64,000 bases of DNA from an uncultured bacterium (lineage in GTDB: Bacteria > Oederibacteriota > JAAXVQ01 > JAUVAV01), in assembly GCA_963710755.1 (NCBI GenBank), contig CAVQBK010000004.1, positions 160,001 to 224,000 on the forward strand, read 5' to 3'. A program made the position numbers and the translations under genes. Every line of letters begins with the position of its first letter. Positions within the stretch are counted from its first letter, which is position 1. Shown here piece by piece: positions 48,938 to 58,942 of the stretch. The notes under the pieces are model-generated. The model made no database searches. It had not been told where the DNA came from and saw only the letters and a program-made list of their open reading frames with translations.

Positions 48938-49998
48938 TTGAAATAGCGTTGGCCCAGGAAAAGGGTTACCACGCCAAAGGCCACCAGCCCCAAGGCCGGG
49001 CCGGTCACCTGTAACAGACCTGCGCCTTCGATAAAAACTTTGCGGATGCTGTCGGCCAGCAAGGTGAGAGGTAGTTTTTCAATCAGCACCACGGCCCAAT
49101 GGGGAAAACTGCGATAACTGAAGAAGATGCCGGAGAGCACCATCATGGGAATGGTGATGGCATTGATGAGCCCGTTGCCGACTTGGGAATTTTTGGCCCG
49201 GCTGGCCATCAGGATGGCAATGCCGGCAAAGGCAAAATTGCCGCACAGGAAAAGCACCCCCAAGGCCAGCCAACTGCCCTGCAGCTGAACCTTAAACACC
49301 AGATGGGCAAAGCCCACCAGTACGGCGGTTTCAAAAAAACTGATCACAATTCTAGTGACAAAGTAGGACAATAGAAACACATAGCGGTTTAGGGGCGTGG
49401 CCACGATGCGGCGCAGCATTTTTTTGATTCTGCGGTCGATCAAACTCCAGCCAATGGCCCATAAACAGGATTGCATGATACCCATGGCAATCAGTCCGGG
49501 AATGAGAAAATCTATATAACGTAGCCCGGGCGCGACCAGAGGCGCGATAAGATCATGGTTGGCGCGGGGATTTAATTTCTTGTCGATCAGTAAATACAAC
49601 AATTTGGCCGAAGTGTTTTGGGGGTCAAAATGATAGCGCGGCCGGCCGGTCGCCTGGTCCCAGGTAAGGTAAAGTTGAAGGGTACCTCTTTTTAAAGCGA
49701 TCAGAGCCTGCTGTTCGTGGGTAAACTTTTTAATCTCAATTTTGGGCATGTCCAAGGCGTGCAGATCCGTATTTTCACTGGGCGCCGTCAGGCGGGCCAA
49801 CAGGTGGTCCAGGCCCGGCGCTGGGGTTGATTGCTCCAACACGCCGATCGTTTGCGGCACAGTACCTTTGTTGAGAAAGGCCACACCCAATACACCGGCC
49901 AGAAGCATGGGAAACAGGATGGTCCAAAATAAAATTTCCGGCTCCCGGAAGAATTCCCGGAAGTGGAGCAGGATCAATTGCCAAAAGGCTTTAGTCAT
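48928..49998 (-). CDS. ABC-2 type exporter permease
   Basis: FREFFREPEILFW..LFP...RYIDFLIPGLIAM...LRRIVATPL...LSGIFF. Confidence 0.92.
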   Translation of the reverse strand: MTKAFWQLILLHFREFFREPEILFWTILFPMLLAGVLGVAFLNKGTVPQTIGVLEQSTPAPGLDHLLARLTAPSENTDLHALDMPKIEIKKFTHEQQALIALKRGTLQLYLTWDQATGRPRYHFDPQNTSAKLLYLLIDKKLNPRANHDLIAPLVAPGLRYIDFLIPGLIAMGIMQSCLWAIGWSLIDRRIKKMLRRIVATPLNRYVFLLSYFVTRIVISFFETAVLVGFAHLVFKVQLQGSWLALGVLFLCGNFAFAGIAILMASRAKNSQVGNGLINAITIPMMVLSGIFFSYRSFPHWAVVLIEKLPLTLLADSIRKVFIEGAGLLQVTGPALGLVAFGVVTLFLGQRYFKWY

Positions 49999-50938
49999 CG
50001 AGCCGCCTCCCGGTCAGGGTAATGAATAAATCATCCAGGGTCTGCTTGCGCAGCTTAAGGTTAGTGATGGTAAATTGGACCTGATCCGCCAAATGATAGA
50101 GTTCTGGTAAAAAGGCGATGGCCTTGGCCACCACCACCGAACCCTGGGCAGCGGCTTCATCCCAATGGTACTTAAGTACTTGGGGCAGGGCCTTGATGGA
50201 AGGTTCTTCACGGCCGTGACTCAGTTGAAATTCCACCACTTCTTCCTGACGATGTTTGGCCAGCAATTCATCGAGAGAGCCCTGGGTCAGAATGCGGCCT
50301 TTATGCAGAATGCAAATGCGATCGCAGAGCATCTCCGCTTCTTCCATGTAATGAGTGGTCAAAATCAAGGTGGTACATCGTTGTTTGAGTGCTCTTAGAA
50401 TTTCCCATATTTCCCGGCGGGCCTGAGGATCGAGACCGATGGTAGGCTCGTCGAGGATGAGGATTTCCGGCTGATTAATAATGGCCAGACCCAAGGCCAG
50501 CCGCTGTTTCTGGCCACCCGACAAGGTTTCCGTCAGATTATCCTGTTTTTCCCCCAGATTAACCAAGTGGATAATGTCCCTGGCAATGGCCTTGGTCTTG
50601 CCGTAAAAACTGGCGAAGAGTTCCACCGTTTCCTTGGTGGTTAACTTGTCGATCAAGCGGGTTTCCTGCAAAGCCAGTCCGATTTTGGAACGTAAAAACG
50701 CTTCATGTTTTTTCCAGGTTTTATCGAGAACCGTGATGTGGCCGTCGTCAGGCTGCTGGAGGCCTTCGATCATTTCCACCAAGGTGGTCTTGCCGGCGCC
50801 ATTGGGGCCAAGCAGGGCAATGAATTCCCCGCGGGCTATGGCCAGGGACAGATCATTGACCGCATGCACCTTTTTAAACCGTTTATGTACATGCTCTACT
50901 TTGATCACAATATCCTTTTCAGAGCAGGCCACGGTCAT
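49991..50938 (-). CDS. ABC-2 type exporter ATP-binding protein
   Basis: Walker A GPNGAGKTT, LSGGQKQR signature, ILDEPT, LTTHYMEEAE. Confidence 0.95.
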   Translation of the reverse strand: MTVACSEKDIVIKVEHVHKRFKKVHAVNDLSLAIARGEFIALLGPNGAGKTTLVEMIEGLQQPDDGHITVLDKTWKKHEAFLRSKIGLALQETRLIDKLTTKETVELFASFYGKTKAIARDIIHLVNLGEKQDNLTETLSGGQKQRLALGLAIINQPEILILDEPTIGLDPQARREIWEILRALKQRCTTLILTTHYMEEAEMLCDRICILHKGRILTQGSLDELLAKHRQEEVVEFQLSHGREEPSIKALPQVLKYHWDEAAAQGSVVVAKAIAFLPELYHLADQVQFTITNLKLRKQTLDDLFITLTGRRLDD

Positions 50939-51114
50939 GGTGAAAATCCTTTGCTTTTCCTCATCTTAGCCAGACAGTATCGTCGGACTTGAGGCAACTA
51001 TAATTCTAAAAATAAAAAAATCCAATCATTATTTTACTTTGTTCTTCAATATCTGCGCTGCCTTCTATATAATTGAACCCCATTACCTGTCATCATTACG
51101 GATTAGGAGTACTT

Positions 51115-52479
51115 TTGAAGCCAACCAGATTTAAACATAAACCCGCCAAACGGGTTAAACGCAAAAGCCAAAGGCCGTTTTTTAATTTGCAGCTGCGGCA
51201 GAAACAGGATTATCAAGCGGATCAGGACCTTCCGGCCTGGCGTTCTTTGCTCCGGTTGGGCATGCTGGGCCTGATCGTGGCAGGGTTTATTTACTTGTCC
51301 CTGGTGAGTATCAATATTCTGATTTTGGGTACAGATGATGTGGATTATTCCAAACACACCGATACCATTATGGTGGTACACTGGAAACCTTTGCCCCGGC
51401 GGCTGGCGTTATTGTCTATTCCCCGTGATACCTTGATTCGCCTTCCCAAGCGCGGACCCATGAAAATCAACGCGGTTTATGCCTACGGCACGGCTGTGGG
51501 CAGTCCTGACTATGCGCTGGCCATGACCAGGGCTAGTGTGGAAAACCTGCTCAATCTTAAAATTCATTATACGGTGCATATTAAATACACCAGTTTTGTC
51601 AAGCTGGTGGATGCTATGGGAGGTGTGCCCCTGTATGTGCCCAAGCGCATGGTGTATACTGACCAAGCCGGAGGCGTGGACATTAATCTGGAACCGGGCT
51701 ATCAACTGTTGGACGGCCGTCAGGCTTTGAATTACGCCCGTTTTCGCCACGATCAAGAGGGGGACATTGGCCGCATCCGGCGGCAGCAGAATTTTGTTAA
51801 GGCGTTTCTTACCCAGATGGCCCGTTTTTCCCGGCTGCCCCAAACTGTAGGTGCTTTTGTCACTTTCTTAAAAGAAGTGGAGACCAACATGAGTCCGGGC
51901 GCAGCCATCTTTTTGGCCTGGGAGATTAAAAGCGTGGCCGGCAGTTCCTGGCGTCAGGCCATCGTGCCCGGTAAGGGGATTTACATCAAAGGCATTTCCT
52001 ACTGGCAGACGGATCCGGAAGAAATTCAAAAAGTGGTGGCTGCCCTGGGCAAACCGCCACAACGACATACCCTTAAGGTTGCTGCGCCGCCAACGACTGC
52101 GGCCATGGCCGGGACCGCAGCCGAACCCAGGCCCAAACCCACGCAAGCACCGGTACGTATCAGCCTGCCCATTCCCGAAGGCCCACAGCCCGTGATCAGG
52201 GTGTTGAACGGCTGTGGGGTCGGTGGGGTGGCCAACCGGATTGCCAAACGGCTGCAGGATGAAAAAATCATTGTCAGGGATGCGGATATCACCAATGCCC
52301 CCACCTTTGATTATCCTCTGACCATTGTGAAGTCCAATCCGCAAAACATGAATTGGGCCAGAAAAGTGGCGATGGACCTCGGTTTGACGGAGGATAGAAT
52401 TCAGCCAATCCCCAAATCCATTACCTACCCTACGGTCACTGTGGTAATCGGCGATGATTATAAGGAATTGCTGCCCTAA
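51115..52479 (+). CDS. LCP (LytR-CpsA-Psr) family protein with LytR C-terminal domain
   Basis: TM segment then NILILGTD...TDTIMVV...LSIPRDT...KINAVY...LVDAMGGV...ALNYARFRHD..GDIGRIRRQQ; C-terminal IRVLNGCGVGG...VTVVIGDDY. Likely TTG 51115 after AGGAG. Confidence 0.92.
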   Translation: MKPTRFKHKPAKRVKRKSQRPFFNLQLRQKQDYQADQDLPAWRSLLRLGMLGLIVAGFIYLSLVSINILILGTDDVDYSKHTDTIMVVHWKPLPRRLALLSIPRDTLIRLPKRGPMKINAVYAYGTAVGSPDYALAMTRASVENLLNLKIHYTVHIKYTSFVKLVDAMGGVPLYVPKRMVYTDQAGGVDINLEPGYQLLDGRQALNYARFRHDQEGDIGRIRRQQNFVKAFLTQMARFSRLPQTVGAFVTFLKEVETNMSPGAAIFLAWEIKSVAGSSWRQAIVPGKGIYIKGISYWQTDPEEIQKVVAALGKPPQRHTLKVAAPPTTAAMAGTAAEPRPKPTQAPVRISLPIPEGPQPVIRVLNGCGVGGVANRIAKRLQDEKIIVRDADITNAPTFDYPLTIVKSNPQNMNWARKVAMDLGLTEDRIQPIPKSITYPTVTVVIGDDYKELLP

Positions 52480-52735
52480 ATCGGTTGTGAATTATTTATT
52501 AAGGGGTTACATTTTGATCCCACGCCAATTTTGGAATTTTGTGTGAGAAGGGGCTCGGAATTTTGAGCTCCCTGCGCTTTAACTTTTCGTTCTTTGCAGC
52601 TGCTTATCCCGGTACGGGTATGCATGCGAAAAGGTATTTATTTCCCGCTTTGCCGATTAACAGACACGGAATCTGATAGTCCTACAGTTTATCAAGGCAG
52701 GGCGCAAAAAATCATAACCCTTTGAAGGAGCCTTT

Positions 52736-54412
52736 ATGTATATCAGAGCATTGGTTAATAGCTGGGTGAAGCAGGCCTGGCAGCACTGTCAGGAACAAGG
52801 CCAACTGCCTAAGGACGAGATCATGGACCTGGAACTGGAAAGGCCCAATCAACCGGAACATGGTGATTTTGCCACCAACCTAGCGCTGAAATTGGCCAAG
52901 CCGGCCAGGATGGCGCCGCGAAAAATTGCCGACCTGTTGGTGGCTCAACTGGCACCAAGGCAAGAGCTATTTCAAAAGGTTGAGATTGCCGGGCCGGGGT
53001 TTATCAATCTGTTTTTGCAACCAGGCTGGTGGCTGCAGGAGGCAGATGCCATCCGGGTTCAGGCAGGAGCCTACGGTTGCGCAACCTGGGGTAAGGGCAG
53101 AAAACTGTTGCTTGAGTTTGTTTCCGCCAATCCTGTGGGACCGCTCAACGTGGTTTCCGCCAGGGCCGCGGCCGTGGGCGATGCTTTGGCTAATATTTTA
53201 CAAAGCCAAGGCCTGGAGGTGGCGCGCGAGTATTACATCAATGATGCCGGCAAGCAGGCTTTTCTGTTGGGCAAATCCTGTTATGTGCGCTGGCGCCAAT
53301 CGCTGGGTGAAGAGCTGGCCATGCCGGAAGAAGGTTATCAGGGTGGTTACGTTAAGGATCTGGCGCAAGCCATTGCCACGGAGGCTGGACCCGAGCTGGC
53401 GTCAAAAAGCGAAGAGGAGGCCATCAACCTGTTTTGGGTCCAGGGCGTGGCCAAAATGGTGGCTTCCCACCAGGAGGATTTGAAAGCCTTTGGCGTGGTG
53501 TTTGACCATTGGTTTTCCGAACGAACCCTGCATGACAGCCGGCGCGTGGAGCAGGCAGTGACCATGCTCAGGGAACATGACGTGGTTTATGAAAAAGACG
53601 GGGCCTTATGGTTTGCGTCCACCCGTTTTGGCGATGACAAAGACCGGGTGCTTAAAAAAGCCGACGGCTATTGGGCCTACATTGCTGCGGACATTGCCTA
53701 TCATCAGGATAAATACGGGCGCGGCTATCAGGAATTGCTCGATTTATGGGGGCCTGATCATCATGGCTATATTCCGCGCATGAAGGCCGCTATGCAGGCG
53801 CTGGGGCATGACCCGCAGACTTTCCAAGTGCATATCGTGCAGCAGGTCAATCTGATCGAAGGCGGCCAGCAGGTGGCCATGTCCAAACGGGCCGGCAAGT
53901 TTATCACCATGCGTGAGTTGGTGGAGGACGTGGGCAAAGATGTAACCCGTTTCTTTTTCCTCATGCGCAGCACGGACAGCCATCTGGATTTTGATCTGGA
54001 TCTGGCCCGGAGCCATTCCGACGAAAATCCGGTCTATTATATTCAATACGCCCATGCCCGTATCTGCAGCTTGTTGCGCAAAGCCCAAGCGGAAGGCTTT
54101 ACCCTGCCTGCGGAAAATGATAAAATCATGGCCACCCACAACCCCTTGCCGGAAGAACTGGTTTTGATCAAGGCCTTGACCATTTACCCCGAGATTCTGG
54201 AAGTCTGTGCCAAAACTCTTGAGCCCCATGGCTTGGCCTTTGCCCTGCGCGATTTGGCTACGGCTTTTCATCGATTCTATACGGTCTGCCGCGTGCTCGA
54301 TGACAGCCAAAGGGAACTGAGCAGCATTCGTCTGGCTTTGTGCGACGCGGTCAAAGTGGTATTGGCCAACGGTCTGACCTTATTGGGATTGGATTCGCCC
54401 GAGAAAATGTAA
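52736..54412 (+). CDS. argS: Arginine--tRNA ligase
   Basis: HGDFATN.AL...IAGPGFIN...EFVSANPVGPLNV (HIGH-equivalent region)...EYYINDAG...WGPDHHGY...MSKRAG...YIQYAHARI...PEKM. Confidence 0.96.
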   Translation: MYIRALVNSWVKQAWQHCQEQGQLPKDEIMDLELERPNQPEHGDFATNLALKLAKPARMAPRKIADLLVAQLAPRQELFQKVEIAGPGFINLFLQPGWWLQEADAIRVQAGAYGCATWGKGRKLLLEFVSANPVGPLNVVSARAAAVGDALANILQSQGLEVAREYYINDAGKQAFLLGKSCYVRWRQSLGEELAMPEEGYQGGYVKDLAQAIATEAGPELASKSEEEAINLFWVQGVAKMVASHQEDLKAFGVVFDHWFSERTLHDSRRVEQAVTMLREHDVVYEKDGALWFASTRFGDDKDRVLKKADGYWAYIAADIAYHQDKYGRGYQELLDLWGPDHHGYIPRMKAAMQALGHDPQTFQVHIVQQVNLIEGGQQVAMSKRAGKFITMRELVEDVGKDVTRFFFLMRSTDSHLDFDLDLARSHSDENPVYYIQYAHARICSLLRKAQAEGFTLPAENDKIMATHNPLPEELVLIKALTIYPEILEVCAKTLEPHGLAFALRDLATAFHRFYTVCRVLDDSQRELSSIRLALCDAVKVVLANGLTLLGLDSPEKM

Positions 54413-54462
54413 ATCGGCCTCGCAAGGCCCAGGGGCAGCTTGCTCCAAGAAAGGACAACACC

Positions 54463-55956
54463 TTGAATGGTCGCGTGCGTTCCATCAGCATAGACACCTT
54501 GATCCAGGGACAGGGCAGTCCGGGCCAGGAGACTGTGGCCCGGGAATTTTATCGCCTTGATTCCAGGCAACGGCGCGTGCTGGTGATTGGTTCTCCCGGG
54601 CAGCACGCAGCCTCGTCCGTGGGCTGGCTCGATGAATGGCCGTCATTAGCTGATTATGACGTAGTGATCATCAATCTTAAATCCCTGGATCATGCCGCTT
54701 TGGTTAAACTGTCACGGCAGGACAAGGACCGCTTAAAGCGCATGCGCCTGCAACTTTATGACCTGCTCATGTCGCGTGGTGAGATTTACTGCCTTATGGC
54801 GCCCTTCCTGGCTTTTGGGTCCACCATCTATTATCCTGACGGCAACAGTGAGCCGGAATGGTCCAATTTGAGTTGGTCGCCCATTGGAGTCAGCATTATT
54901 GAAATCCGTGGGGAAACAGTGCATCTGGAAGGGGAGAAAAAATTTGAAAGCTACCTGAGGCAGGTGGCCGGCTGGGACGGCTACATTAATGCCACGGCCA
55001 GTCTCTATTTTATAGAAGAACGCCTCAAAGAAGAAGGCCAGTTGGGGGAAGGCGAGGAAGTCTTTTGGCAGCAAATGCCCCTGGCCATGAACCGCTTTGG
55101 CAAGCCTTTGGCGGCGTCCGTTTGTTTTGGTGTGCGGGTTTATGAGGAAAACCGGCAGGATTATAAAATCAAATTCATCTCCGACTATTTGCACCTGCTG
55201 CCGCCGCCCACGAAAATTAGTCTGGAAAAGGGTATTGATCTGCTGATCGAAGAAGCCAAAGGCCTGCCGGCCAGAACCATCACCCCTGATTGGGCCGATC
55301 TCTATGCCCTGCCTGGCGAGGACCACTTGCAGCAAAAAATTAATGAAGCGCAAAAAATGATGCGTGCTGCCGAACGGGAACAGAAGCGGCATTTCCAGGC
55401 TTACCGGGAGTTGCTGCGCACCCGGGCCCTGTTGTATGAACACGGCCAGAATTTAAAACATGTGGTCAAAGATGTGCTCCAGCGCATGGGCTTTGCCTGC
55501 AAGGTGTATCCTGCCTTGGGGGATCTGCTGGTCTTGGGCACCCGGCAAGGCCGGATGCTCCTGGACGTGGTGGGGCGCAGCGGACCTGCCCATGCCGGCG
55601 ATCTGCAACTGTTGTTGCGGCATGCTGTTTATGCCCAGGAAGAAGACGGCAAAATTTGGAAAGGGTTGTTGGTATTCAATCACTTTCGGCTCAATGATCC
55701 GGCTTCGGACCGACCGGCGCCTTTTGGAGCCGAGGTGACGGCTATGGCACGTGAGATGCGCCTGGGGCTCATCAGCGCCGAAGGGTTGTACGGTGCCTTT
55801 TGCCTGGTCATGCAGGGCTCCATGCTGAAAGAAGAATTGGAAAACCGCTTGCACCAACAGACCGGATGGATCCAGTTGCCGGCTGTGGATATCAAACGCA
55901 GTCAGCAGGATCTGGGGTTTCTGCCGGAGACGCTGGGTTCAGGGGGAAAAGCTTAA
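54463..55956 (+). CDS. Hypothetical protein with coiled coil and possible degenerate PD-(D/E)XK-like C-terminal domain
   Basis: Long ORF; likely TTG 54463 after AAGGA. C-terminal LLYEHG..L...V...L..MGF...DL...KGLLVFNHFRL.DP pattern. Confidence 0.6.
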   Translation: MNGRVRSISIDTLIQGQGSPGQETVAREFYRLDSRQRRVLVIGSPGQHAASSVGWLDEWPSLADYDVVIINLKSLDHAALVKLSRQDKDRLKRMRLQLYDLLMSRGEIYCLMAPFLAFGSTIYYPDGNSEPEWSNLSWSPIGVSIIEIRGETVHLEGEKKFESYLRQVAGWDGYINATASLYFIEERLKEEGQLGEGEEVFWQQMPLAMNRFGKPLAASVCFGVRVYEENRQDYKIKFISDYLHLLPPPTKISLEKGIDLLIEEAKGLPARTITPDWADLYALPGEDHLQQKINEAQKMMRAAEREQKRHFQAYRELLRTRALLYEHGQNLKHVVKDVLQRMGFACKVYPALGDLLVLGTRQGRMLLDVVGRSGPAHAGDLQLLLRHAVYAQEEDGKIWKGLLVFNHFRLNDPASDRPAPFGAEVTAMAREMRLGLISAEGLYGAFCLVMQGSMLKEELENRLHQQTGWIQLPAVDIKRSQQDLGFLPETLGSGGKA

Positions 55957-56048
55957 CCCTCTGGTTGGACTTTTAATGTGATACTTTGGCCTGAGACATG
56001 GTCATCTCATGCTGCTGGTTTGAAACCAGGAAGGATGGTTAAAAACCC

Positions 56049-56252
56049 ATGACAACGATTGTGCTCAATGGGGAAGAAAAAACAGTGGACCAGGGGTTGA
56101 CTCTGGACGGCTTGCTAAAAAACCTGGCGCTTGATCCCGGCTTGGTGGTGGTGGAAGTGAATCGTCAAATTATTCCCAAAGCCCGGTTTGCCCAGACACC
56201 TTGTCAGGATCAGGATCAGATCGAGATCGCCCACTTTATGGGAGGCGGCTAA
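56049..56252 (+). CDS. thiS: Sulfur carrier protein ThiS
   Basis: IVLNGE...VVVEVNRQII...DQIEIAHFMGGG with C-terminal GG. Confidence 0.95.
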   Translation: MTTIVLNGEEKTVDQGLTLDGLLKNLALDPGLVVVEVNRQIIPKARFAQTPCQDQDQIEIAHFMGGG

Positions 56253-57023
56253 ATGGATGTCTTGGTGGTGGCAGGGGAAACCTTGCACAGCCGGCTCTTT
56301 GTAGGCACCGGCAAATTTGCTTCGCCCGAACAGATGCTGCTGGCTTTGGAAGCCGCTCAAGCGGATGTGGTCACCGTGGCGTTGAGACGGGTGGATCTAA
56401 ACAGCCCCCACGATCCCCTGCTGGGTAAAATCGACCGCAAGCGTTTCCGGCTGCTGCCCAACACCTCTGGCGCCAGAAATGCCGAGGAAGCGCTGCGTAT
56501 TGCCCGCTTGGGGCGGGCGCTGAGCCATACCCATTGGGTGAAACTGGAAGTGACCCCTGATCCCCGGCATTTGCTGCCTGACCCTATTGAAACATTAAAA
56601 GCTGCTGAACAGCTGGTGCAAGAAGGGTTCGTGGTGCTGCCCTATATGCCTGCGGACCCGGTGCTGGCCAAAAGGCTCGAAGAAGTGGGCACAGCTACAG
56701 TCATGCCCCTGGCTGCGCCGATCGGCACCAATCAGGGACTCTTGACCAGAGACAGCCTCCGTCTGATTGTGCAGCAAGCCACGGTGCCGGTGGTGGTTGA
56801 TGCAGGCCTGGGCGCACCCAGTCATGCAGCAGAAGCCATGGAACTGGGCGCAGACGCCGTGCTGGTTAATACAGCTCTGGCTGTGGCTGCTGATCCTGTA
56901 CAAATGGCTGAGGCTTTTCGTTTGGCAGTGGAAGCCGGCCGCAAAGCCTTTTTGGCCGGCTTGCCGGAAAAACAAACCCATGCCGTTGCCTCCAGCCCCT
57001 TAACCGGATTTTTAAATTCATAA
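56253..57023 (+). CDS. thiG: Thiazole synthase
   Basis: [10 protein letters not shown]...VTVALRR...LPNTSGA...WVKLEV...MPLAAPIG...[16 protein letters not shown]...SSP. Confidence 0.96.
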   Translation: MDVLVVAGETLHSRLFVGTGKFASPEQMLLALEAAQADVVTVALRRVDLNSPHDPLLGKIDRKRFRLLPNTSGARNAEEALRIARLGRALSHTHWVKLEVTPDPRHLLPDPIETLKAAEQLVQEGFVVLPYMPADPVLAKRLEEVGTATVMPLAAPIGTNQGLLTRDSLRLIVQQATVPVVVDAGLGAPSHAAEAMELGADAVLVNTALAVAADPVQMAEAFRLAVEAGRKAFLAGLPEKQTHAVASSPLTGFLNS

Positions 57024-57037
57024 TCAGGGATAGTCCT

Positions 57038-58147
57038 ATGTCTTCATTAACTTTGGCGCCTGATCAGGCGCCGGAATTTATTTATCAGCAATTGGCCGCC
57101 GTAACCGCGGCGCAGGTGGAACGGTCCTTGGCCAAGAGTCACTTGGAGCCGCACGATTTGCTCCATCTGTTGGCTCCGGCAGCAGAGCCCTTTATGGAGT
57201 CCATGGCTCAAAAAGCGTTTCATATAACCAGACAACGCTTTGGGGCCACCATGAAGCTCTACGCGCCCCTTTATCTGAGCAACGTGTGCAGCAACGATTG
57301 TATTTATTGCGGTTTCAACCAGCAGCATCATATTGCCCGTCGTACTTTGCGGCTTGAGGAAGTGGAAGAGCAGGCTGCTTATTTGGCTGATCAGGGGTTT
57401 CAAAATATTCTGCTCGTTTCCGGGGAAGCGCCCAAGCTGGTAGCGGTGGACTATCTGGAAGCCTGTGTGCAACGGCTGCGTCCCCGGTTTCCTGAGGTCG
57501 CCATTGAAGTCTATCCTCTGGAAGCGCATGACTATGAACGCCTGGCCAGAGCCGGGCTATACGGCTTGGTCATTTATCAGGAAACCTACCTGCCGCAAGT
57601 CTATGACCAGGTTCACCGGTCGGGCCCCAAAAAAAATTACGCTTTTCGGCTGGCCACTCCTGGCCGGGGAGCGGCTGCGGGAGTGCGTCAGGTTGGACTG
57701 GGCGTGTTGCTGGGATTGACGGACTTCAGGCTGGATGCTTATTATTTGGGACTCCACGCCCGGCAATTGCAAAAGCATTATTGGCGCACGGCCTTTGGCC
57801 TGTCTTTCCCCCGCATTATTCGGGCTACGGGCAATTTTAAAGCCCCGGCGCCAGTTACAGATAAACAGTTGGTGCAAATGGTCACAGCGCTGCGCCTGTT
57901 TTTACCGGATGCACCCTTCTCCCTGTCCACACGGGAGGCCGCAGCACTGAGACGGCATTTGCTACCCTTGGGCTTCACCCAGATGAGCGCCGGTAGTTGC
58001 ACGGCGCCCGGCGGCTACGGCCATGAGGACAGCAGCGGCCTGCAATTTGAAGTGGAAGATTCGCGGCCAGTGGCAGAGGTTGTCGAAGAAGTTAAAGCCC
58101 TGGGGCTGGAACCGGTCTGGAAAGATTGGGACGGAGGCTTTGCATGA
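57038..58147 (+). CDS. thiH: 2-iminoacetate synthase (tyrosine lyase) ThiH
   Basis: YAPLYLSNVCSNDCIYCGF; YQETY; SFPR; LSTRE; MSAGSCTAPGGY; QFEVED.R; PVWKDWD. Confidence 0.95.
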   Translation: MSSLTLAPDQAPEFIYQQLAAVTAAQVERSLAKSHLEPHDLLHLLAPAAEPFMESMAQKAFHITRQRFGATMKLYAPLYLSNVCSNDCIYCGFNQQHHIARRTLRLEEVEEQAAYLADQGFQNILLVSGEAPKLVAVDYLEACVQRLRPRFPEVAIEVYPLEAHDYERLARAGLYGLVIYQETYLPQVYDQVHRSGPKKNYAFRLATPGRGAAAGVRQVGLGVLLGLTDFRLDAYYLGLHARQLQKHYWRTAFGLSFPRIIRATGNFKAPAPVTDKQLVQMVTALRLFLPDAPFSLSTREAAALRRHLLPLGFTQMSAGSCTAPGGYGHEDSSGLQFEVEDSRPVAEVVEEVKALGLEPVWKDWDGGFA

Positions 58148-58818
58148 GCAGGCTGGAGAAGCGGCAACAAAAATTTAATCACATCGATCTGTATCCTGTT
58201 ATTACCTCCGAGTTTTGCAAAGGCCGCTCCAGTCTGAGCGTAGCCCAGCAGGCGCTGGAGGGCGGTGTAAAAATTATTCAATGCCGGGAAAAGGCTATGC
58301 CTTTGCGGATGCTGGCCCATTTAGCCCAGGACATGCGGCGCCTGACGGACCGTTATCAAGCTTTGCTGATCATTAATGACCATGTGGATCTGGCACTGGC
58401 GGTGGAGGCTGACGGCGTTCATTTAGGTCAGGACGATCTGCCCATGGTCATGGCCAGAAAAATTGCGCCTGATCTCCTGCTTGGTTTGAGCACCCATAAC
58501 GAGTTGCAAGCCCGGGTTGCACAAACTGAAGGCGCGGACTATATCAATATTGGCCCTCTTTTCCCCACCCAGACCAAAACCACTACGGTGACGGCGCTGG
58601 GGCTGGACAGGTTAAAGGCTATGATGACCGCGGTGACCCTGCCCGTTACGGTCATGGGCGGTATCAAACAGCATCATTTGCCGGACCTGGTGGCCATCGG
58701 GGCTACCAAGGTGGCTATGGTGACAGAAGTCACCGAAGCTGACCAGGTAACTCAACAGGTACGTGCGCTCCGTCGGCAATGGCCATCTGCCCAAGGTGAT
58801 CATGGTGGAGATGGATAA
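58144..58818 (+). CDS. thiE: Thiamine-phosphate synthase
   Basis: LYPVIT...IIQCREK...IINDHVD...DGVHLGQDD...GLSTH...GPLFPTQTK...MGGIK. ATGA overlap with thiH. Confidence 0.94.
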   Translation: MSRLEKRQQKFNHIDLYPVITSEFCKGRSSLSVAQQALEGGVKIIQCREKAMPLRMLAHLAQDMRRLTDRYQALLIINDHVDLALAVEADGVHLGQDDLPMVMARKIAPDLLLGLSTHNELQARVAQTEGADYINIGPLFPTQTKTTTVTALGLDRLKAMMTAVTLPVTVMGGIKQHHLPDLVAIGATKVAMVTEVTEADQVTQQVRALRRQWPSAQGDHGGDG

Positions 58819-58912
58819 ATGTAGTAGAAGCTAATTTTTTACATCCTGGGCAGGGATTGAGCGCAGATAGGTTGACCATAGGGGGATATTGGGGATTCCT
58901 GTATTTTATTTG

Positions 58913-58942
58913 TTGACTTGTCCGGGGTTAACCTGATAAAAT
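58913..58942 (+). promoter_or_regulatory. Putative sigma70 promoter of the rpsF operon
   Basis: TTGACT - 18 nt - TAAAAT. Confidence 0.5.

Noticed and set aside
52480-52735. T-box leader upstream of argS
   Set aside because: Hairpins are present, but there is no GGTGGxACC T-box sequence or terminator/antiterminator pair.
55957-56048. TPP riboswitch upstream of thiS
   Set aside because: CTGAGA is present, but the downstream CCTGA...TAATxCxxGCGxAGG core is missing and the region is short.
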